Both the position numbers and the translations under genes were made by a program. From positions 96,001-160,000 of the forward strand of contig CAWHHI010000017.1 of the NCBI GenBank assembly GCA_963829055.1: a DNA stretch of 64,000 bases. Direction: 5' to 3'. The notes under the pieces are model-generated. The model did no database searches. It saw only the letters and a program-made list of their open reading frames with translations, and had not been told where the DNA came from. Below are positions 8,671-19,204 of the stretch, in pieces. The DNA comes from an uncultured Gemmatimonadaceae bacterium. Lineage in GTDB: Bacteria > Gemmatimonadota > Gemmatimonadetes > Gemmatimonadales > Gemmatimonadaceae. Numbering within the stretch: the first letter of the stretch is position 1; every line of letters starts with the position of its first letter.

Positions 8671-11367
8671 CTAGTCCCCTCGCAATACCTCCACCGGATT
8701 CGTCCGAGTAGCCCGCAGCGCCGGGACGTAGCTCGCGGCCAGTGCCGCGATCGCAAGCGTCGCAGCAACCAGCACCATCGTGATCGGGTCCGTCGGCGTG
8801 ACCGCGAACAGGAAGCTCGAGAGGAATCGCGTTAGGCCGAACGCCAGCACCAGACCCGCCACGATGCCGACGCCCGCCAGCGCCATCCCCTGCCGCACCA
8901 CCATCCCCGCCACGCTCGACGGCTTCGCACCCAGAGCCACACGGATGCCGATCTCCTTCCTCCGCTGTGCGACACCGTACGCGATGACACCGTAGATCCC
9001 GATCACCGCGATCGCCAGCGCCACGATCGAGAACGTCGAGAAGAGGAACATCAGGAATCGCGGCTGCGACACCGACTCGCCGCGCACTTCCTCCATGGTG
9101 CGGAACTGACCCACCGGAAGCTGGGCATCCAGCGCCGCGACCTCGCCACGCACCGCGCGCGTGAGCGTGGACGGCTCGCCGGTCGTCCGCAGCACGAGGT
9201 TCAGCGAGCGCATGACGGCCCCGCCACCCCAGAAGCGGAATTGCGTGTGCGCGAGATACATCTCGCCGACCGGCGTCGCCGCCAGGCTCGCCTGCCTAAC
9301 GTCGGCGACGATGCCGACGATCGTCACCATCCCCGGCCCGGCCTTGCCGCCGAGCTTGAAACGCTTGCCGATCGGGTCGTCGTTCTGCCAGTACTTCTTC
9401 GCCAGCGCTTCGTTGATCACGACCACGCCCGGAGTCGTTTCGAGATCCGTCTCCTCGATGCCTCGACCGCGAAGCAGCCGCATCCCGATCGCCTTGAAAT
9501 ACCCCGGCGTCACCACCTGCCAGTCCGCTCGGCGACGCGTCTCCCCCGGTGCGACCGGACGCCCCTCGATCTCGATGCCGAGGTCGCCCCGCTCCGCCAC
9601 GAGTGGCACGCCGGCGACGCCGCCGGCACTCGAGACACCCGGAAGTCCCGCGACACGGCGCGTGAGCTCCTGATAGAACCGCACGACGCGCTCGGTCTCC
9701 GCATAACGAGATGACGGCAGCGAGATCGGCACCGTGAGCACGTGGTCGACGCGGTAGCCGGGGTCCACCGACAGCAGTTGGACAAAGCTTCGCGTCATGA
9801 GGCCCGCACCGACGAGCAGCACGAGCGCGATCGCGACTTCGCTGATCACGAGCGTGCGGCGCGCCCCCTGCCTGACGCCGCCGGCCACGCCCCGGCCACC
9901 CTCGCGCAGCATCGACTGCACGTTGACGCGCGTCGCGTTCACGGCGGGAAGCAGCCCGAAGATCACGCCCACTACCGTCGATGCCGCCAACGCGAACAGC
10001 AGAACGCGGAAGTCGACGCCGATCGCGTCGAGACGCGGGATGTTCGGCGGACGCAGCGCGACGAGAAACCGAGTCCCGAGAAAGGCGAGCGCTATTCCAA
10101 CGACGCCACCCGTGAGCGACAGCACGACGCTCTCGACGAGCATTTGCCGCATGAGTCGCGCGCGACCGGCGCCGAGCGCGGTGCGCACCGCCATCTCGCG
10201 ACGACGCCCCTCGGTTCGCGACAACAGCAAGCTCGCGACGTTCGCGCAGGCGATGAGCAGCACGAACCCGACCGCGCCCAGCAACACCATGAGCGTCGGG
10301 CGCACTCGGCCGACGACACTGTCGAGCAGCGGCAGCGCGCCGCCGACGAAGTTCATCTTCGCCGGGTAATCGTTAGGGAAGTCCACCGGGAACCGACGCG
10401 CCACCGACGCCACGTCCGCACTCGCCTGACTCGGCGTCACCCCGCGGCGCAGTCGCGCGACGCCGGACAGGAAATGACTCCCGCGGATCATGGTGCTGTC
10501 ACGGCTCAATCCCAGCGGGACGAACAGCTGCGCGGCGTCGGTCTCCGAGAGCTGCTCGGGAACACGGAAGCCTTCGGGCATCACGCCGACGACAGTGGTC
10601 GCCGTACCATCGAGGATGATGCTCTTCCCGACGACGTCCCGCGCGCCACCGAAGCGGCGCTGCCAGAGTCCATAGCCGAGGACCACGACGTTGACGCCGG
10701 GGACATCCTCGGACGAGCTGATGACACGCCCGACTGCCGGAGCGACCCCGAGCGCCGGAAAAACACCCGCACTGAGCAGAACCGCGGGGAGACGTTCCGG
10801 CTCGCCATCTCCCGTTAGGCTGACCACGGCGGGCGTGTAGACGCCGAACGCCTCGAACGTCTTGGTGCCGTCGCGATAATCGAAGTACTCCGCGGGCGAG
10901 ACTGATGAGATCGCGCCGAGGATGTCGGCGTTCCCGTCCCACGTGTTGCGAATGGCGACGAGGCGCTCGGGCTCCGCGTAAGGCAGCGGTCGCAGCAGCA
11001 CGCCGTTCACGACGCTGAACAGCGCGGTGTTCGCGCCGATGCCGAGCGCGAGCGTGATGATCGCGACGATGGTGAAGCCGGGATTGCGGCGAAGCGCGCG
11101 CACGGCGTAGCGGAGGTCCTTCACGGTATTCTCGACGCCGTTCCCGCCGCGCGCGTCGCGGAGCTCGTCCTTCGTGCTCTCGAAGCCGCCGAACACCCGG
11201 GCCGCTTCGGTCCGCGCGGTGTTCGCGTCCAGCCCGCGCCGCTGGCGCGCCGAGGCCTCCATGTCGAGATGAAACCGGAGCTCGTCGTCGATCTCGCGCT
11301 CGACTGTTCGTCGATCGAACAGTGCGCGGAGACCGAACACCAGGCGTTGGATGATCGGTGCGGGCAT
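8671..11367 (-). CDS. Duplicated orphan ABC permease (ADOP) with N-terminal permease-prefix domain
   Basis: 898 aa; EIDDELRFHLDME...ARVFGG prefix, DLRYAVRALRRNPGF, LLIACANVA, IGIRVALGA; GAAGGAG RBS. Confidence 0.93.
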   Translation of the reverse strand: MPAPIIQRLVFGLRALFDRRTVEREIDDELRFHLDMEASARQRRGLDANTARTEAARVFGGFESTKDELRDARGGNGVENTVKDLRYAVRALRRNPGFTIVAIITLALGIGANTALFSVVNGVLLRPLPYAEPERLVAIRNTWDGNADILGAISSVSPAEYFDYRDGTKTFEAFGVYTPAVVSLTGDGEPERLPAVLLSAGVFPALGVAPAVGRVISSSEDVPGVNVVVLGYGLWQRRFGGARDVVGKSIILDGTATTVVGVMPEGFRVPEQLSETDAAQLFVPLGLSRDSTMIRGSHFLSGVARLRRGVTPSQASADVASVARRFPVDFPNDYPAKMNFVGGALPLLDSVVGRVRPTLMVLLGAVGFVLLIACANVASLLLSRTEGRRREMAVRTALGAGRARLMRQMLVESVVLSLTGGVVGIALAFLGTRFLVALRPPNIPRLDAIGVDFRVLLFALAASTVVGVIFGLLPAVNATRVNVQSMLREGGRGVAGGVRQGARRTLVISEVAIALVLLVGAGLMTRSFVQLLSVDPGYRVDHVLTVPISLPSSRYAETERVVRFYQELTRRVAGLPGVSSAGGVAGVPLVAERGDLGIEIEGRPVAPGETRRRADWQVVTPGYFKAIGMRLLRGRGIEETDLETTPGVVVINEALAKKYWQNDDPIGKRFKLGGKAGPGMVTIVGIVADVRQASLAATPVGEMYLAHTQFRFWGGGAVMRSLNLVLRTTGEPSTLTRAVRGEVAALDAQLPVGQFRTMEEVRGESVSQPRFLMFLFSTFSIVALAIAVIGIYGVIAYGVAQRRKEIGIRVALGAKPSSVAGMVVRQGMALAGVGIVAGLVLAFGLTRFLSSFLFAVTPTDPITMVLVAATLAIAALAASYVPALRATRTNPVEVLRGD

Positions 11368-11480
11368 CTATGCTCTCTCCTTCGGATGGCTCAGGATACC
11401 GTTCCTGTAGCCATTCGACAAGAGAAGGTGCCGGATGGTTTGCAGGGTGCGATCTTCGCGGATTGGTCGGTCTGGCTTGT

Positions 11481-11920
11481 CGCGCCGGGGCCGGTGGGAA
11501 CTACGATTTGGCGGATGAACTGCAAAACGCCGGGCTGTCATTCCGAGCGGAGCCGCGAAGGCGCAGTCGAGGAATCGCGATCATACGGGCAGAGGGCTCT
11601 ACCGGGACTCGATTCCTCGACTCGCTGCGCTCGCTCGGAATGACAGCCCGGCTTTGCATCGACGCATCATCGCGCCGGGGCCGGTGAGAACTGCGATTGG
11701 GCGGATGAAACGGAAGAAGCAGGATAGCGCCCGCGTAAGGGCCGGCTCCGCTCGCACCGAGCCGGGACTCTTTGGGAACGGCCGCTCGGGACGTCAATGC
11801 GTCCCGAGCGGCCGTTCCTATTTCAGTCACGCTCCGGCGAGAGCCAGCGTCGATGCAAAGCCGTATCCGGCCGTTTTCCGTGTCATCCGCAAAATCGTAG
11901 TTCCCACCGGCCCCGGCGCG
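11481..11920. mobile_element. Family B MITE-like composite repeat, with a family A element nested at 11537-11644
   Basis: Terminal inverted arms CGCGCCGGGGCCGGTGGGAACTACGATTT..GCGGATGA and internal hairpin GGAACGGCCGCTCGGGACG/CGTCCCGAGCGGCCGTTCC. Copies at 22571-22911 and 61809-62068. Confidence 0.75.
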
Positions 11921-12020
11921 GTGAACCAGACGAGCAGATCCGCGACGATCGCCGCACGGCTATCGTCGCACAGCCAACTGTACCATCCCCGCACGTGTCT
12001 CAGCCGTTACCCCTCCCCGG

Positions 12021-14426
12021 ATGAAGACTCCGATGCTGACACTCGCGGGCGATGTGCGGTACGCGGTTCGGGCCCTCAGGCGACGTCCCGGCTTCACGAT
12101 CGTTGCGATCCTCACGCTCGCGCTCGGGATCGGCGCGAACGCTGCCATCTTCAGCGCCGTCCGCGGCATCCTGCTCAGTCCCCTGCCGTTCCGCGCACCC
12201 GAGCGGCTCGTGTCGTTCAACGCCGAGCAGTTCATCGCGAATGCGGAGTTGCTGCATCTGCAGCAGAACGCACGCACGCTCGACGGCGTCGCCGCTCTCA
12301 GCCCCGGATGGGGGATGGCGCTCACGGGCAGCGGCGAGGCAACTCAGCTCAACACGAACCGAGTCTCCACCAACCTCCTCGACGTGCTCGGCGTTCGACC
12401 AATGCTCGGGCGGACATTCGTCGACGGCGAGTCCATCCCTGGCCGCGAGACGGTCGCGATCCTCAGCCATGCACTCTGGGCCGAGCGGTTCGGGAGTGAT
12501 CGCTCGATCATCGGGCGCAGCATGGTGCTCGATGGCACGCCGTACACCATCGTCGGCGTTTTGCCACCGGGGTTCGAAGTGCTCGGTCGGCCAGCAGACC
12601 TGTGGACACCACTCGTCATCGACCCAACCGCCTGGTTCCATCGCGGCGCGACCGCATGGCTCGTCGCGCGACTCCGCGCCGGCGTGACGATCGAGCAGGC
12701 GCGCGCCGAGCTCGCGACGCTGTACCCGCGGATGCGCGAGGCCTACGACTTCGCGCCCGACTACTACAAAAACGCGACGCTGCTCCCATTGCAGGAGCGC
12801 GCCGTCGGAAGCGTGCGCACGGCGTTGCTCGTGCTGCTGGCGGCCGTCGGCTTCATCGTGATGATCGCCGGAGCGAACGTCGGGAATCTGTTGCTCATGC
12901 GCGCGGCCGGACGTCGACGCGAGATCGCCGTCCGCACCGCACTCGGCGCCACGCGCCGGCGGGTGCTCGCGCAGATGCTCGTCGAGAGCGTCGTTCTCGC
13001 GTTAGGTGGCGCCGCCGTCGGCGTCGCGCTCGGTGCGTTCGGCGTTCGCGTCCTTCGCGCGGCACTGCCGCCCGACACGCCACGGCTGTCGTCTATCACG
13101 CTCGACGCGCCAGTGCTCGCGTTATGCGCTGGCCTGGCGATTCTTCTCGGCATCGCGTTCGGGCTCGCGCCCGCCTTGCTCGCCAGCGGCGGCGACGTGC
13201 AGGACGCCTTACGCGGCGCGCGTGGTGTCGCCGGACGCGCGGGCGGTGAACGTGCGCGCGGCACGCTCGTGGTGGCGGAGGTCGCGCTGACGCTCGTGCT
13301 CGTGATCGGCGCAGGGTTGATGATGCGCACGCTCTGGTCGTTGTCGCACGTCGCGACCGGATTCCGACCCGACGGCGTATTGACCATGCGCCTTCAGCCG
13401 ACTGGCGGACGATTCGACACGGGAGCGAAGCAGGGCGAGTACGTGACCACCGTACTCGAACGGCTCGCACGATTGCCGGGCGTGCAGTCGACAGGCGCGA
13501 TCCATCACCTGCCGCTGGCGGGGCTCTCGTGGTATGCGAACGTCGATCTCGAGGGGCGCGTCAGGCCCGCTGGAGAGCCGCCGATGCGATCCGGCTGGCG
13601 CGTCATTGCCGGCGACTACTTCCAGACGATGCGCATTCCACTCATCCGCGGTCGCGCGTTCAGCGCGACGGACACGCGCGAGGGCCCGCCGGTGGCGATC
13701 GTGAGCGACGCGTTCGCCCGCATCGCCTGGCCTGGTGAGGACCCCATCGGCAAACGATTCCTCGCCGGGAACGCGACGCGTGGTGGCGCCGTGACCGTCG
13801 TGGGTGTTGTTGGAGGCGTTAGGCACGTGACGCTCGACGCGGCGCCGGCCCCGGAGCTCTACCGGCCGATCGCGCAGACGCCGATGGCCGCGGTGACGGT
13901 CGCCGTACGAACCACGGGCGACCCACTGGCCCTGGCGGCGCTCGCGCAGCAGGCAGTCCGCGCGATCGACGCCAATGTTCCGATCTCCGACGTGCGATCG
14001 CTCGAACAGGTGATGTCGACGTCCGTCGCCCGCCCTCGGCTCATCATGGCGCTGTTGCTCGTGTTCGCGGGGGTCGGCACGGTGCTGGGCGCGGTCGGGG
14101 TCTATGGGGTGATCGCGTACGCGGTGGGCGAGCGGCGCCGTGAGATCGGCGTCCGCATTGCGTTAGGCGCGGAGCCGAGTGCGGTCGCGGCCGCGGTGGT
14201 GTTGCGGGGTGTGCGGTACGCGGCGATTGGCGTGGGCGTGGGCCTCGCCGGGGCGCTGGCGGTGACGAGAGTGATGCGAACGCTGTTGTTCGGGGTCAGC
14301 GCTACCGATCCCGTGACATTCGTCGGCTTGGCGGTGCTCCTGATACTGATTGCGGCACTGGCGAGCTACTTACCGGCGCGTCAGGCGTCGACGATCAACC
14401 CCATGGAGGCGATGCGCGCGGATTGA
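12021..14426 (+). CDS. Duplicated orphan ABC permease (ADOP)
   Basis: 801 aa; DVRYAVRALRRRPGF, LALGIGANAAIFS, REIAVRTALGA, EIGVRIALGA, PARQASTINPMEAMR. Confidence 0.93.
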   Translation: MKTPMLTLAGDVRYAVRALRRRPGFTIVAILTLALGIGANAAIFSAVRGILLSPLPFRAPERLVSFNAEQFIANAELLHLQQNARTLDGVAALSPGWGMALTGSGEATQLNTNRVSTNLLDVLGVRPMLGRTFVDGESIPGRETVAILSHALWAERFGSDRSIIGRSMVLDGTPYTIVGVLPPGFEVLGRPADLWTPLVIDPTAWFHRGATAWLVARLRAGVTIEQARAELATLYPRMREAYDFAPDYYKNATLLPLQERAVGSVRTALLVLLAAVGFIVMIAGANVGNLLLMRAAGRRREIAVRTALGATRRRVLAQMLVESVVLALGGAAVGVALGAFGVRVLRAALPPDTPRLSSITLDAPVLALCAGLAILLGIAFGLAPALLASGGDVQDALRGARGVAGRAGGERARGTLVVAEVALTLVLVIGAGLMMRTLWSLSHVATGFRPDGVLTMRLQPTGGRFDTGAKQGEYVTTVLERLARLPGVQSTGAIHHLPLAGLSWYANVDLEGRVRPAGEPPMRSGWRVIAGDYFQTMRIPLIRGRAFSATDTREGPPVAIVSDAFARIAWPGEDPIGKRFLAGNATRGGAVTVVGVVGGVRHVTLDAAPAPELYRPIAQTPMAAVTVAVRTTGDPLALAALAQQAVRAIDANVPISDVRSLEQVMSTSVARPRLIMALLLVFAGVGTVLGAVGVYGVIAYAVGERRREIGVRIALGAEPSAVAAAVVLRGVRYAAIGVGVGLAGALAVTRVMRTLLFGVSATDPVTFVGLAVLLILIAALASYLPARQASTINPMEAMRAD

Positions 14427-14430
14427 GGTC

Positions 14431-14569
14431 GTCATTCCGAGCGGAGCGCCGTCAGGCGCGGAGTCGAGGAATCGCGATCGTACCGGTAGAGGGCCCTCTA
14501 CACCGCAGGCCAAGGATTCCTCGACTCCGCCGCTTCGCGGCTCCGCTCGGAATGACAACCCGCTCGGAA
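14431..14569. repeat. Family A REP-like palindromic doublet
   Basis: GTCATTCCGAGCGGAGCGCC...GTCGAGGAATC // GATTCCTCGACTCCG...CGCTCGGAATGAC, plus the partial extra right end also seen at 573-589. Confidence 0.85.
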
Positions 14570-14612
14570 GCGAGTGGCGTGACTTCGACCGCCGCTCACG
14601 GGTTGTATTCCC

Positions 14613-17086
14613 GTGAGGCAGCCTGCTGCTACTACACCTACTGACGCGTTCGCTCTGGACCTGCGCCGCGTCGTGCGGCGACTCGTGCGCGCCCCCGGGT
14701 TCGCCGCCACCGTCGTGCTCTCGCTCGCGATCGGCATGGCGTCCGTCATCGCGCTGCTCGGCGTCATCGACACACAGCTCTTTCGCGACCCCGCCGGTCT
14801 CCGCGACCCACGTCGCGTCGTCGCCATTGGACCGTGGGCCGGCTTCGCGCGAACATCCTACCCCGACTTCGTCGACCTCCGCGACCAGGGGCGATCGCTC
14901 GAGTCCGTCGGCGCGTTCGGAGTCTGGAACTACTCCGCGCGCGTCGGCAGCGCCGTAGCGCCAGCCCGCGGACTTCTCGCATCGCACTCGCTGCTGCCGA
15001 CCCTCGGCATGGCGCCCGCCATTGGTCGCACGTTCGTCGCAACCGAGGACCGGCCGGGTGCACCGACGGTCGCTCTCATCGGTGCCGGCCTTCGACATCG
15101 GTTCTTCAACACTGATCGCGAAGCACTGGGCAAGACGGTCCGGCTCGCCGGTATCGACTTCACGATCATCGGCGTCCTTCCGTCGAGCTTCACCGCGCCC
15201 GACATGTCGCCGGTCGACCTCGTGCTGCCGATCGAGAACGCCCCGTGGTTCGGAGGACGCGAAGCGCTCGTCAACCGCGACTTTCAGTGGGTTCGCATCG
15301 TCGGCCGATTGCGGCCGGCAGCTCGGCGGCCGCCGCGAGCGCGGAAGCGAGCGCGATCTACCGGCGCGCGAATGTCGGCGTTCGCGCGGTCGATCAGACG
15401 ACGCTCGCGCGCGAGACGATTCCCGTTCGCTCGTTGCGTGAGGCGCGCCGCGATCCGAGTGCGCCGAGCGCGCGGGTGTCCGTGTGGCTCACGGCGCTGG
15501 CGGCCGTGGTCCTGCTCATCGCGTGCGCGAACGTCGCCAGCCTCTTCGTCGCGCGCGGCGTCGCCGACCAGCACGAGCTCGCGATCCATGTGGCGTTAGG
15601 CGCGACCAGTGGGCGACTCGCGCGCCGCGCGCTGCTCGAAGTCGGGATCCTCGTCGTGCTCGCGGTCGTGCTCGCGCTGATCACAGCGCGCTTCGCATCC
15701 ACCGCGCTCGGCGCCTTGCTGGCCAATACGCTGGCCCCCACGCCGATTGATGTACGCACCGGCGCGATCGCGGCTGGCATCGCGGCGATCACGTGCGTGG
15801 CCTGCGCGCTCGGTCCAGTCGTACGGGCGACACGAGTGAACCCGCGTTCGACGCTCGGCATCCAGTCGCGGACGGTGGCGTCATCGCATCGGTATGCGCT
15901 GCGCACGCTCGTCTCTCTCCAGGTCGCGCTCGGCGTCGTACTCGTCTCCGAAGCGGCGGTGTTCGCCGCCAGTCTGCGCAACGCGACCCGCGTGGACCTC
16001 GGCTTCGATCTCGATCGTCTCGTTGTTGCGGACGTCGACCTGCGAGCGGCGGGGTTCACGCCGTCGACGAGCTCGAGCGCCGCGGCCCGCGCGCTCGACG
16101 CCGTGCGTCGCATTCGGGGCGTCACCGCTGCGGGGATGACCAACGCCGCCACTGTTCCAGGCTATCTCAATCCGCCGGTGCGAGTACCCGGTCGAGATTC
16201 GGTACCCGCCGGAATCGACGACAGCGAGCCGTACGTCAACTCCGTGACGGCCGGTTTCCTCGAGGCGTTAGGCGTGCCGCTGCTGCGCGGGCGACGACTG
16301 ACCGAAGACGATGAACGCGCGGCCAGACCGGTCCTGCTCGTGAGCGAGCGCTTCGCCCACCTGTACTGGCGTGGCGAGAACGCGATCGGCCAGTGCGTGC
16401 GAGTCGGACGGTCGCTGTCGACGCCGTGCGCACAAGTCGTTGGTGTGGTCGGGGACCGCCGCGGCTCGCCCGGCGCGACGCACGGCGTGGCCGAGGTGTA
16501 TCTGCCGTCGACGTCGTCAGCGATGCCGGCGGATCTGGCGCAGGCGTTCCTCGGACGCGAGCTGGCGGTGCGCGTCGACCCCGGCCACCCGGAGGTCGCG
16601 ACCGCCGTGCAACGGAATCTGCTCGACGCGATCCCCGCGCTGACGTCCGTACGCGTGCGTGTGGGCGACGACTACCTCGAGCGGCAGACGCGATCGTGGC
16701 GCCTGGGCGCGGCGGTGATCGGTGTCTTCGCCGCGGTCGCACTGCTGCTGGCGGCGGTTGGCGTGTTCAGCGTGTGGTCGCACGCGGTCGCAACACGACG
16801 CCGCGAGCTCGGCATTCGCGGCGCGCTCGGCGCTCGACCCGGTGACCTCGCGTGGCTCATCGTCCGCGACGCGCTGGCGGTCGCGTCGGTGGGGGCTGTG
16901 TTCGGAATCGCTGTGGCCGTCGCGGCGGGCGGCGCGGTCCGGTCGATGGCCTTCGGAATCTCGCCGCTGGACCCACGCGTCTTCGCGGTCAGCTGCATCG
17001 CGTTCGTGCTCGTGACCTGCCTGGCGACGATCGGACCCGCCTTGCGAGCGGCGTTCACGGATCCGAGGGGGGCGTTGGCAGGCTAG
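14613..17086 (+). CDS. Divergent ADOP-type ABC permease, frameshift near 15318
   Basis: N-part LVRAPGFAATVVLSLAIG...IVGRLRP continues in another frame as ...LLIACANVASL, RRELGIRGALGA, PALRAAFTDP. Confidence 0.85.
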
Positions 17087-17249
17087 TGGATTGCTTCCCA
17101 GATGTTGAATAGCAGGCGAGGCAGGCCCTATTGCCAGATTTGGCCATACACGCCGCAGCTCGCCCCGGTGCAGCGGCTTTGCCGTTGGCCAAATCTGGCA
17201 ATGAGGCCAGAATCGCCTGCTATTCAACATCTCAGACGTGTTCCACTAG
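17083..17249. repeat. AT-richer nested inverted-repeat element between convergent genes, bounded by CTAG
   Basis: CTAGTGGA/TCCACTAG outer arms; AGATGTTGAATAGCAGGCGA (17100-17119) perfectly inverted at 17213-17232; inner ATTGCCAGATTTGGCCA/TGGCCAAATCTGGCAAT. Confidence 0.8.
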
Positions 17250-17253
17250 GCCA

Positions 17254-18033
17254 TCACGCCGGCATCTGCTCTCGGAGCCGCTTGCTCTTCTTCAGTGCGC
17301 GCGCCCAGGCCCAGAAAACCACCACGAGCGCGATCCCGGTGGCGAGGACCGCGTGACGGACCGGGTGCGCGCTCCATGGCTGGTAACGCAGGGAGTCCGC
17401 CAGCATCAAAACGAACGCACCGGCGATCCAGTACGCGGAGCTGCCGTATTCCTTGAGGATGACGCGTCGCCAGTTGAACGCCATGCCTTGCATCGACGTG
17501 GCAAAGCCGCCGAGACGTACTCTCCAGCGCGGTACGCGCGCCGCGTACGCGTCGTACTGGGCGCCGAACTTCCGTCTCAGAAATGCCTCTTCGGCGGCAA
17601 CAATCGCGGAGTAGCCGATGAGGAAGAACGGCACTCCGACGAGATACGCCGCCGGTGCGTTCCATGTGAGCAGCAGCCCGAGCAGAATGAGCAGGTTGCC
17701 AACGTAGAGCGGATTGCGCGAATGATTGAAGAACCCGCCGGTCACGAGATCCTCGGCGTATACCTGCCGGTTCTTCCCACCACGGATGATGTACGCGTAG
17801 CCAACGACCGCCACGCGCAGTGCCTGCCCGAGCAGCGCGACGCCGAAGCCGACGAGATCGAGTGCGGTGTCATAGTCGTCGCGCCCGCGTGGCCAGTGTG
17901 GCCGCGTGAGAACGAACAGCGCGAGGAGTACCGCGGGGAAGATTCCGTCGCGGTACTTGAAGAGGAAGTTGCCGTAGCGGACGAGCGCTGACGGCACGGT
18001 GTCGTCGGCGGAGGTCGTGGCCGGCGAGATCAT
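17254..18033 (-). CDS. Isoprenylcysteine carboxylmethyltransferase / PEMT-family membrane methyltransferase
   Basis: LVTGGFFNHSRNPLYVGNLL, EEAFLRRKFGAQYDAYAARVPR; several TM helices; ATG overlaps the cmoA stop (ATGA). Confidence 0.85.
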   Translation of the reverse strand: MISPATTSADDTVPSALVRYGNFLFKYRDGIFPAVLLALFVLTRPHWPRGRDDYDTALDLVGFGVALLGQALRVAVVGYAYIIRGGKNRQVYAEDLVTGGFFNHSRNPLYVGNLLILLGLLLTWNAPAAYLVGVPFFLIGYSAIVAAEEAFLRRKFGAQYDAYAARVPRWRVRLGGFATSMQGMAFNWRRVILKEYGSSAYWIAGAFVLMLADSLRYQPWSAHPVRHAVLATGIALVVVFWAWARALKKSKRLREQMPA

Positions 18034-18851
18034 TTGACGGCGATCATCCCGGCGAAGTTGTACCAGCGGAAGAACTCCTGGAACTTCGTGAAGCCGCACT
18101 CCAGTAGCAGATCCCGATTTTCGTCGAGGCGATAGGGGATCAGCACGTTCTCCAGCGCTTCGCGCTTGCGCGCGATCTCCATGTCGGAGTAGCCGTGCCG
18201 CCGCTTCATGTCGTAGTAGTTGTCGATGAAGAGGCGGTTGAACAGCGTGTCGCTCTCAATGACCTTCTCGGCCACGATGATCGCGCCCTGTTTGCGCGTT
18301 CCCTCGGCGATCGTGCGGATCACGCGGTCGCGGTGCAGCGGACGGACGAACTGGAGCGTGAACAGCATGACGGTGACGGAAGCGTTCTCGATCGCGAACG
18401 GCTCGTGCAGGTCGGCGAGCCGTATCTCGCGCTGACGGGACGGTGGCAGCGTCGTGAGCTTCTGGCGTGCCCGCTCCACCATGTCGGGTGCGTTGTCGTA
18501 GCCAACGAACGCGATCGAGGGGTCGAGTTGCGGCTCGAGCGCCAGGAACGTCGTGCCCGTGGAGCAGCCGAGGTCGTAGACCGTGGTACCAGGCACGGCG
18601 AACTCCGCGGCGAGCTCCGCGGTCATACGTTGGATCTCGCCGTAAAACGGCACCGAGCGGCTGACCATGTTGTCGAACACGCGCACGGTGGTCGCGTCGA
18701 ACGTGAAGTCCGTGGGGCGTGTGGTGCTCTCCGCGAAGATGTCGTCCGTCGGCTCGCCGCCGGGCGTGATCGGTGCCGGCATGCCAGCACCCACTGTTGC
18801 GGTGTCAACGGCCGTGTGCGCTTCGCCGTTCGACCTCGGTTCTGGTGTCAT
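18030..18851 (-). CDS. cmoA: Carboxy-S-adenosyl-L-methionine synthase
   Basis: DFTFD..VFDNMVSRSVPFY, VYDLGCSTG, DNAPDM, IENAS..FTLQF, EKV, GYSDMEIARKREALENVL, FRWYNF. Colinear with E. coli CmoA as I recall it. Confidence 0.85.
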   Translation of the reverse strand: MTPEPRSNGEAHTAVDTATVGAGMPAPITPGGEPTDDIFAESTTRPTDFTFDATTVRVFDNMVSRSVPFYGEIQRMTAELAAEFAVPGTTVYDLGCSTGTTFLALEPQLDPSIAFVGYDNAPDMVERARQKLTTLPPSRQREIRLADLHEPFAIENASVTVMLFTLQFVRPLHRDRVIRTIAEGTRKQGAIIVAEKVIESDTLFNRLFIDNYYDMKRRHGYSDMEIARKREALENVLIPYRLDENRDLLLECGFTKFQEFFRWYNFAGMIAVK

Positions 18852-19204
18852 GGCTTGTCTGTCTCGAGGTAAGCACCCGCGTCCTCAGCACGGGCGAGGG
18901 CACTTTGCGCCCACGCGAAGCCCGGACGAGTCAACATCCTTGTACCGCAGCAAATCAGGAGCCCACAGGGGCCGAACCGACAAAGGCCGCTCGGAGGCAG
19001 TTAGTGACCACGGACAATGCCGAACGATGTATCACGTTCGCTCCGGTCCCGCTGTCTGGCCAGTCACCCCAGCACCCTGTTCCCCATCCGCGGCCCGTCC
19101 CTCAGATACGCTGGACGTCCCGCCCACGGCCGGCTCATCATCCGGGGCGATGAGGGCGCGGCACAGGGCCGTACCCTGCACGCGATGCCTCAGGAGAGAC
19201 CCGG

